A stretch of 64,000 nt of DNA, taken from NCBI GenBank assembly GCA_001244265.2, contig CDLV01000008.1, positions 1,488,001 through 1,552,000 on the forward strand. The letters run 5' to 3'. The translations under genes and the position numbers were made by a program. Under the pieces are notes generated by a model. It ran no database searches. It saw only the letters and a program-made list of their open reading frames with translations, and had not been told where the DNA came from. This DNA comes from Microbotryum violaceum (taxonomy: Eukaryota). This document shows, one piece after another, positions 56,101-64,000 of the stretch (position 1 is the stretch's first letter; every line of letters begins with the position of its first letter).

Positions 56101-58579
56101 GGTCCGTTTGTCCGGACATGTCGACCATGACAGCGGAATGAGCGACCGGCGCAGGAACCTCGACGTATTCAACCACAGTCACAGAGGCGGGGACGGGGAG
56201 CGGCTCGGTTTGCACGCCGATCTCGGTCGAGTCGGGGATAGGAGCGGGGACGTAAACCGTGACCGTCACCGGCTCGGGTGCGATAGGTTCGGCTAAGGGG
56301 TCGGTCATCGTTGAGCAGTCGGTCCATACGATCTGATGCTTGGCCGGCTCGACGGGTGCGATGGCCGTCATCTCCGGCTCGGGTGAAAGGGCCCTCATCG
56401 ACTCGCGCGCAGCGCTCACGGTCGAAGAGAGGCTCACGAGACTGGTTCGACGATGCGAGTTGTCGTTGCTGAGGCCTCCCAAGACGTCACCGAGGTTCGT
56501 CGTTTGTCTCAACGAGGAGCGACGTGATCGGATACTGGCGTCGTCTTCTGACAAGGGGTTAGCGTCGTCGAGGCTGAAATCGCGGTTGTGGCGAATTGGC
56601 GAGTCGACCTCGGAGTACTCGTCCTCGACGCTCGGGAATTGATGCTCAAACAGCGAGGCACGATCGAAGCTCCCCATTGCCTCACCGCCGACGCTGCCAT
56701 TCTCTTCACTCTCGTCGATCGAGCGGTCACCGGCGTCTTGACGAAGACGAGAAGGTACACCGACGGCGACACCACCGCGTCGTCGAGCCGCACCTCGGCC
56801 CCGGGCGCTGCCGCGCACACTGCCGCGTGCGCTTCCAGGCGCGTTGCGTGCTGGTGTACTGTGGCGAGTGCTGTGGCCCTCACCCGCGTCGGTCTCCTCC
56901 TCCCAAGCAATACCACTGTCGGCGAGCTGTCGTCGCAACTCCATCTTGGCGGCCTTCTCGCGAGCCAACGAAGCACGCAACGTCGCGATCGTCCTCTGGG
57001 CATGCGCAAGACCAGCCTTGTGCGAGTCGTCGGGCGTCGAAAGGAAGCCACCGCGTTGCACGGGAGAGCCCGCGACCGAATCGTCGCCGTATTCGGAGAA
57101 GAGGTCGGCCGGTGATCCAGGAGGGAAGCCATCACCGGTCTTGCGACGCGTGGCGCCTCGGAAGACGTCGCCTTCCTCGTCGTCGTACAGATCGTCTCGC
57201 CTCTCCTCGAAGCTATCGTCGGCGCCAGGGGATGGGTCAAGGTTGTGCGCGGATCCCGCTCGCTTGATGCCACGAGCGCGGGTGGCCAATTCGGTCTTGA
57301 GCCCTTCAAGTGTACCTTGTAGATCGCTCTTGTCGCGTTGCAAGCCTGCGGTCTGCTTGCGCATCGTCGCAAGATCCGTCTCGTGCTTTTGCTTGAACGC
57401 CTCGAGTTGTTGCGCCAGCTTCTCGGCTTCGGAGCGTTGCGTATCGAGCGTTTCACGCGTTGTCGCGAGATCCCGGAGAGCACGTTGGCGTTCGAGTTCG
57501 GCTTTTTGCAACAAACTTTGCGAGTCCGTGAGATTTGTGCGCAGGTCCTGGGTCACGAGTTCGAGGTTCCAGTTTTCTTCCTTGTATTTCTCTGTGAGCC
57601 GGCCAAGTTCCACAAGGTCGCATCATTGATCATCTCAAACATCCCCATCAGCTTTTGTGGACTCACCAACGCTTTCCTCGACCGTGCGCCTAATTGACCT
57701 CTCATTCTCCAACTCGGATTCCAGCGCATCCCGTTCCCTCAGCCCATCACGCATGTGCTCCTCCTTTTCCGAAAGCAAAGCCTGCAACCGTCTGACCTCG
57801 CCCAAAAGACTTTGTCCAATCTCGGTCGCGAGTTCAATATCGTTGTTGCGGTGTTGGGCATTGTTGCGAGCGCGACGGGACGAAGCGGCATCGCTGTGGC
57901 CGCTAGCTGCAGCGGTGGTCGCGCCTGCCACGGTGGTGGATTGAGATAAACTCGGGACGGGTGGGATGGAGGCAGAGCTGGTATTGGCCAGTCCTCGCCC
58001 ACGGTTGGGTGCCGAAGCAGGGGGTGCGACCTTTTGTTGCATCGAGGTCGTCTTCCGCGGTGGGGACATGAAGACGTCCCGCTCGGCTTCGTCGTTGGCG
58101 TTAGCGTCGGCGATCGTGCCTAGGTCATTCGAGTCAATATCGGGGATCCCTCGTGCTGCAGCCATCCCGACCGTTTGGTAGAGCGGTTGATTGCTTTCAT
58201 CCCATTGTCGCAATTCATTCTCGAGGGCGTCGAGTCGTTTCTTGGTCTCCGCCCCAACGGCCTTGTCCTCGCCGTCGCTGGAATCGTCAGCGCCATTCGA
58301 CGTGACCCCTCCTCGAGCCCTTCTCGTCGCGCCCGTCGAAGCATCAAGCGAAGAAGGTGATCGAACGAGCGATTGATGCAATTCAGCGATCTCCCTGACG
58401 CGAGCTTCGAGTTCGGTCTGTTGCGCCAAGAGGTTCGAGCCGAGTTGACCGGCAAGATGGATCTCGTTCGCCTTGTCGCGTAGGAGCGTTTCGAGCTTGT
58501 TGAGCAAGGCCGCCGCGGCGATGGATGAGGTTGGGTTGGTGTTGGACGCCGTGACTTGAGCAGCGATCGGGTCCTCCAT
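53146..58579 (-). CDS. NUM1: Cortical nuclear-migration anchor ApsA/Num1/Mcp5 (coiled coil + C-terminal PH domain, spliced)
   Basis: DIELATEIGQSLLGEVRRLQ; DPAVIHAITQTMIGEFLYKYTRR...HKRFFWVHPYTKTLYWS; EGLENVRACCDGKHD. Confidence 0.9.
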
Positions 58580-59844
58580 CTTGACTGTGCTGTTTGTAGT
58601 TCACCAGCAGCTGAGAATGTCAGGCGATGATCGAGGATGAACGTCGATGATCAATGGTACACAAGACGATGTTCGTCGGCGACGGTGGTCGTGTCAACCG
58701 CGGTCGCAGTCGCAGTCGTCTCGGTGGGGGGTGGAATTTTGGTTGTAAACAAGACCAGGGGCTCAGGGTCACAAGTCGTAGGAGCTGAAAGAACGTAAAA
58801 TGATGAGTCTTCAGAATGAATGTGGCGGTGGAATGGAGGGAAACACAGCACGGAAGCGAGCAAGGTGGACAGGAGGCGAATCAGTGGCTCGATCAGCGCG
58901 AGGTTGTTCGCCGGGCTGCCGCTGCGCGCTGCGCCTGCGGCTGGCTGCTTGGGTCAACACAGCGAGGCCGCGAGCGATCCAAGCAAGCAGGCGGGGTAAG
59001 GCCCAGCTTGACTCTGTCAACTGACCAAAGGGGTGTGTGTGTTCGTGGAGTGTCGTCTTTAAGCGTCAACAGAGTCGTGACACACACGAGTCTATCAACG
59101 CGTCTTGCGCTGCTCGGGCTATCCGCACGCGCGCAAAGCATACATTAGCAACACGCGCAGCCTGTTCGAGGACACAGCGAGCAACTCACGACGGGCGACA
59201 GGTATATAAACCCGATCGGAGGTGCCAAGCGTCGCAGTCCAGAACCAATGCCGTACGACGTGGAGGGAACGACCGGGTGGGCTTCGTGACAGAGAGACGC
59301 GAGACGCGAGAGGCAGGGAGAGGATCGAGCGCAGACGCGCAGACGCCTGCCGAGGGCGTGCGCAATGTTGAATGAACGCGCACGGCAGCGGGTGCCAGGG
59401 CTGGCGCTTTGCCGGCTTCTGACGGAAATATGGCGTTAAGTTAATTTTGGGATCGCTCGGTACCCCACGGGAAGCTGTGGTAGAACGTGCAGGACAGTTA
59501 TGATTTGTGGTTTGTTTTATAGGCCAGCAAAGGCTGCACAGCCTGCACTATGATCGTCTATCGGTGATCGGGTCCGAAAGCTCAGGATCCTCAGGAGTCA
59601 GCGAGTCTCAGAAGCTCAGGCTCTCAGTGACTCAGAACAGACAAAAGATTCGGTGATGATTACCACGATTATAGTCCGAGTCAAAGGCTGCTGGTGCTGC
59701 TGGTAGGCCACTAAGCGCAGGACACCGATTGCGAGGGGCTCGTGGACTTGAGCTTTGACCCAGCTTTACGGCCGTTTTAAGCTCGGACCCATGATCTGGC
59801 GCGTTGGTGGCGGCGCGCGCGTCGGCAAGGCCAAATTGGCTCCG

Positions 59845-59855
59845 ACGCGTCGCGT
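59845..59855. promoter_or_regulatory. Possible MCB (MluI cell-cycle box) pair
   Basis: ACGCGTCGCGT ~45-55 bp upstream of the PRI1 ATG. Confidence 0.4.
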
Positions 59856-59898
59856 ACTTTACCCTAACCGCCACCTCCACCCGCACCCGGCTCCCAAC

Positions 59899-61866
59899 AT
59901 GGCCACTGCAGTTGACGTCAAGCCTCGGATGAATGCCATGAACGACATCACATCCTCCGGTGCCACCAATGGTGTTGGTCAGTCACGTCTCGAGGGCACG
60001 AAGCATCGGAACGGTCGATACGCGTCGCTGACACATTCGCCCCCGCTATGATACCACTCACAGCGCTCGAGAACCTCTTTGATGATGAGCCTTCCAAGCC
60101 CAAAATTCCGTGAGTACCTGTATTTACGTTTATGAACGGGCACATACAATTGAGCCCCACCCTCCACCGCGCAGTTCGTCGACCGCGACGCTCGAGACGA
60201 TGAGCGACCTGTCGAATCCTTACGTCATGCTCACCTACTATCGACGCGTGTTGCCCTTCAAGCAAATGTTCTTATGGCTCAATCAAGCCCATGGTACGTC
60301 GTACTTACTTTTCAAAGCGTACAGCACCTGACGAGATGTCGTGGAACCCTTCCCCACGCAGTCCCGACGAAGCAATTCACCCATCGCGAATTTGCACTCA
60401 CGCTCTCCAACGACGTCTACCTGCGTTACCAGTCGTACGCCAATGCGGATGAGATGAAGAAAGAGATCGTCAGGCTAAACCCTGCGCGTTTCGAGATTGG
60501 ACCCACTTACTCCGGACGAGTAAGTCTTCGGATTCACACCTTGCTTCGCATCGGGGCCGACAGCTCACCTTCCATGTCATGCATCATCACTCGAACAGCC
60601 AAAGGACCGTAGAACGTTGATGAAACACGCGTTCCGTCCGACATCACGAGAACTTGTTTTCGATATCGATATGACGGATTGTGAGTCGGTAGAAATTCTT
60701 AGTCTGGGGCGAGGACGTATGCTGAGCGTGGCCATTTCACTCTTGTGCAGACGACAACGTTCGAACGTGCTGCAAGGACAAGGCGATGTGCAAGAGGTGC
60801 TGGAGGTTCATTGCCATGGCCGTCAAAGTCCTCGACAAGACATTGAGAAGTACGTCGTCATTGTCCGACTTTGCCTAAAAAGCCCGACCACCGTGCTCAT
60901 CTGTCATCTGTTCCGACCCACAGCGGACTTTGGCTTCCAACATCTTTTGTGGGTTTACTCAGGTCGTCGTGGTATACATTGCTGGATCTCGGACGCTGCC
61001 GCGGTCAACATGAACGATGAGCAACGACGGGCAATTGTCAATTACCTCGAGGTGATCAAGGGCAAAAAGTTGGAGCTCCGACGACCGCTCCACCCTAGCA
61101 TGCAGTGCGTTGGACGAACTGTGTCTCCAGAAGATGGGTACCTTATATTGACCAGATCCTAGAACCAAATCGTGCCATGCACAGACGCTCCCTCGACCTC
61201 CTCAAACCCTACTTTGCCCGCGTTGTCCTGCAAGACCAAAACTGCTTCGCTCAACCGGAACAATGGGAAGCCGCTCTAGCCACCTTACCCGACAAGGATT
61301 ACGCCACCAAACTATCACAGCGTTTCCCCGCGGAGAGCGAGAACGTGAGTGCGAAAACGTCGACTGAACGTTGGGGCGCATTGCGGATAGCCCCACCTTC
61401 GAAAACACACATTGCCGAGGCAAAGTACCTCGATGCGGTGGAAGACTTGATCCTGCAGTACACGTACCCGAGGATCGATACGGAGGTGTCGAAGAAGTTG
61501 AACCACTTGCTCAAGGCGCCATTTTGTGTGCATCCTGAAACGGGTCGGTTTCGAAACAGGGGTTCGGGCGCAGCTTTCATGTGCCTGCGTTACTGACCCG
61601 GTGTTGATCGTCGCTCGTTTTCAGGCCGCGTCTGTGTCCCGTTGCTCGCCGAACAAGTCGAGGCCTTCGAACCCGAAGCGGTCCCTACCGTCGGTCAATT
61701 GCTGATGGAACTCGAGCACGTCACCGTCGCCGGTGACGATTCGGCCAGTTGGGACAAGACGAGTCTACGCCCTTATGTCGAGTTGTTCGAACGACATATC
61801 GATGGCATCATCAAGGCCAAGAACAAGACGAGAAAGGAGGAACAAGGCGTGTCTATGGAGTTTTAG
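59899..61866 (+). CDS. PRI1: DNA primase small (catalytic) subunit (spliced)
   Basis: HREFALTL...YLRYQS, RFEIGP, RELVFDIDMTD, WVYSGRRGIHCW, YPRIDTEVSKKLNHLLKAPFCVHPETG. Confidence 0.96.
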
Positions 61867-62017
61867 CGAAAGGAACCGAGTAGCGTGTATGGGGATTTGT
61901 ATTCCGTGTTCCGTCTCTTTGTTTGTAATCCGACTTCGGTCTCTGCGCAATCTGATCTAGAAGAATGAAAGGAAACAATCCTCCAAGCTAGATGAACTGC
62001 AAACCCCTGTTCCTCCT

Positions 62018-64000
62018 TTACAACTTGGCCTTCTGCTTGGCCGCCTTCGCCTGCGCCGCCTCGGCCTTAGCCTCCTCCCTCAAGATCCTCCTCAATAATT
62101 TACCCGACGGACTCTTGGGCACCATATCCACGATCTTGACCCCACCCCTCAGCTTCTTATGTGCACTAACTCTCTGATCAACCCACTCCCTCACCGCCTT
62201 CGCACCATCCGTCTGCTTCTTCCCCTCCGCACTAAGAACCACATAAGCCCTCGGCAACTCCGAAGCCTGATCATCGTCCCATACACCGATCACCGCAACA
62301 TCAGCGACGTAAGGGCATTCGAGACATGTACCTTCGAGTTCAGCAGGGGCGACTTGAAAGCCTTTGTATTTGATCAGTTCCTTTAGACGGTCCGTAATAA
62401 AGTAGTAGCCTTTTTGGTCGACCCAGGCGATGTCACCTGTTTTGAGCCAACGGCCATGGGCGTCTTCAACGAGAGTTTCGGCATTCGCCTCGGGTCGATT
62501 CAGGTAGCCGAGCTGGAGAAGAGAGTCGTAAAGTCAGGATTTGCTCTTTCGTTTCCGCAACTTTTCGATCTGCTACGTACCATAACATTAGGGCCTTGCA
62601 CCCACATCTCCCCCTGTTCCCCAGGTTCGACATCCTTTCCTGTCTCGGGATCGACGATCCTCCCCCTCATCATCGGTAAAAGAGGTCCAATACTCCCCGG
62701 CGTCGGCGTCTCGATCGGACAGTAATGCGTTGTCGGCGACGTCTCCGTCAATCCATAGGCCTGACAGACCGCCGCTCCTAATCGTTTCGAAACCTCTTCC
62801 GCCAATTCACCACTCAAGGGTGCTGCACCTGAAACGATCAAACGCATCGACGAGAAATCGTAGGAATCGACGATGGGTTCCCGAGCGAGGAGTAAGGCGA
62901 TCGGGGGTACGAGCATGCATACACTGCATTTGTACTTCTGCACGATCGCGCAGAACGGCTCGAGTTCGAATTTGGGCATGACGACCACTTTGCTGCCCGT
63001 AATCAAAGGCCAGTGAAGTAGTTTGGTCAGGCCGTAGATGTGGTTCAGAGGCAGGACGGCGAGGTGGACGTCTTCACATGGATGTCAAAAGTTGAGGTTT
63101 CAGCTCCTTCCCCTCCAAGCCGCAAGGACCACCATGGACGAAGTGAACTCACCGTCTTTAGTGACGAAAAAAGGTTTGAGAATACTCAACACCGACGTCA
63201 TGTTGTAATGCGACGTACGTACGCCCTTGGCCTTGCCCGAGGTGCCGGATGAGTAACCGAGGTAGGCGACGGTCGATTTGGGATCCTCGACACGGAAAGG
63301 GGTCAATTCGTGTTTGCTCTTGACCAGGTCCGAGATGGATTTATAAGCTGTGCAAAGGAAGGTGGACGAGAAGATGAGCGTCGAAAAGTTAGAAAGAGGG
63401 TGCAATGCATCCATGATCCATGACTCACTGTTTCCTGCAGGACCTGCTTCGTCAGCCATGACCGCGAGGACGATACGTTCTTTTTGCTTGTGCTCGGACC
63501 AGCCGACGGCCTTTGTAGCTTTAAGAGCGACATCGAGGTTGCTCGGGTGGCACATCAACTATGTTAACCAACGATTCAGGATACGAAACCTTGAGTGCTT
63601 GACTCCAGAGCCGATTTTCCGACCGCCGCTGCTCAGTTCGGTCGACTCACCAACTCGGTCGAACTGTCCGACAACTGGTGTGCCATCTCTTGAGGTGTAT
63701 AAGCCGCATTGGCGCCACTGAGTACACATCCAGCGCATTGAGCGGCCAAGACGATCATGTCTGTGCAGGACGAAGACGGACACGGAGCGTCAGCGTCGAG
63801 ACGCGTCAGACGATCCCGGAGTAAAGGATGTGGGGGCTCAAGAAGTGAAGAGGCCGACAATAAAGAAACTGACGGTAATAGAACGAGTTGGGGGAGAAGA
63901 TGCACACTACTTGGCCTGGAGTCAGACCAAGTTGTCGGTACCCATACGCAAGCTGTTGTGATTTCTTCTTCAGGTCACCTCGGCTATTAAGGAGAGAGAG
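62018..64000 (-). CDS. 4-coumarate:CoA ligase-like acyl-CoA synthetase with PTS1 (-AKL); 5' end outside the window
   Basis: YSSGTSGKAKGV, SGAAPL, QAYGLTETSP, GWLKTGD, PKSPSGKLLRR, C-terminal AKL. Confidence 0.9.

Overview
Eukaryotic (basidiomycete-like, intron-rich) DNA; a Pucciniomycotina/Microbotryomycete origin is my inference only. Bases 1 to ~40.4 kb are almost entirely transposable elements. These are three Ty1/Copia LTR retrotransposons (one nested in another, both inserted in a GCM-domain Mutator-like transposase gene that an inversion has also split), several solo LTRs, an 18-kb gap-free head-to-tail stack of seven L1-clade LINE copies from three families ending ~65-70 bp upstream of a tRNA-Ser(AGA) gene, and a probable Dada-type transposase remnant. 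From 40.4 to 64 kb there are nine closely spaced host genes: HEM14, FMT1, MAK3/NAA30, a REX1-B-like gene, HST2/SIRT2, COQ3, a cytochrome-b5-like heme/steroid-binding gene, ApsA/NUM1 and PRI1, plus a 5'-incomplete 4CL-like acyl-CoA ligase. The most notable observations are: (1) four unrelated LTR families share a 'unit + GT...second unit...AG' architecture, suggesting an LTR intron rebuilt at each strand transfer; (2) the tRNA-anchored, same-orientation LINE stack resembles Dictyostelium TRE5 targeting; (3) TSDs show non-canonical TG...AA and TG...TA LTR ends; (4) an inversion can be reconstructed to the base from a second, un-inverted copy. Exon boundaries were read by eye and are approximate.
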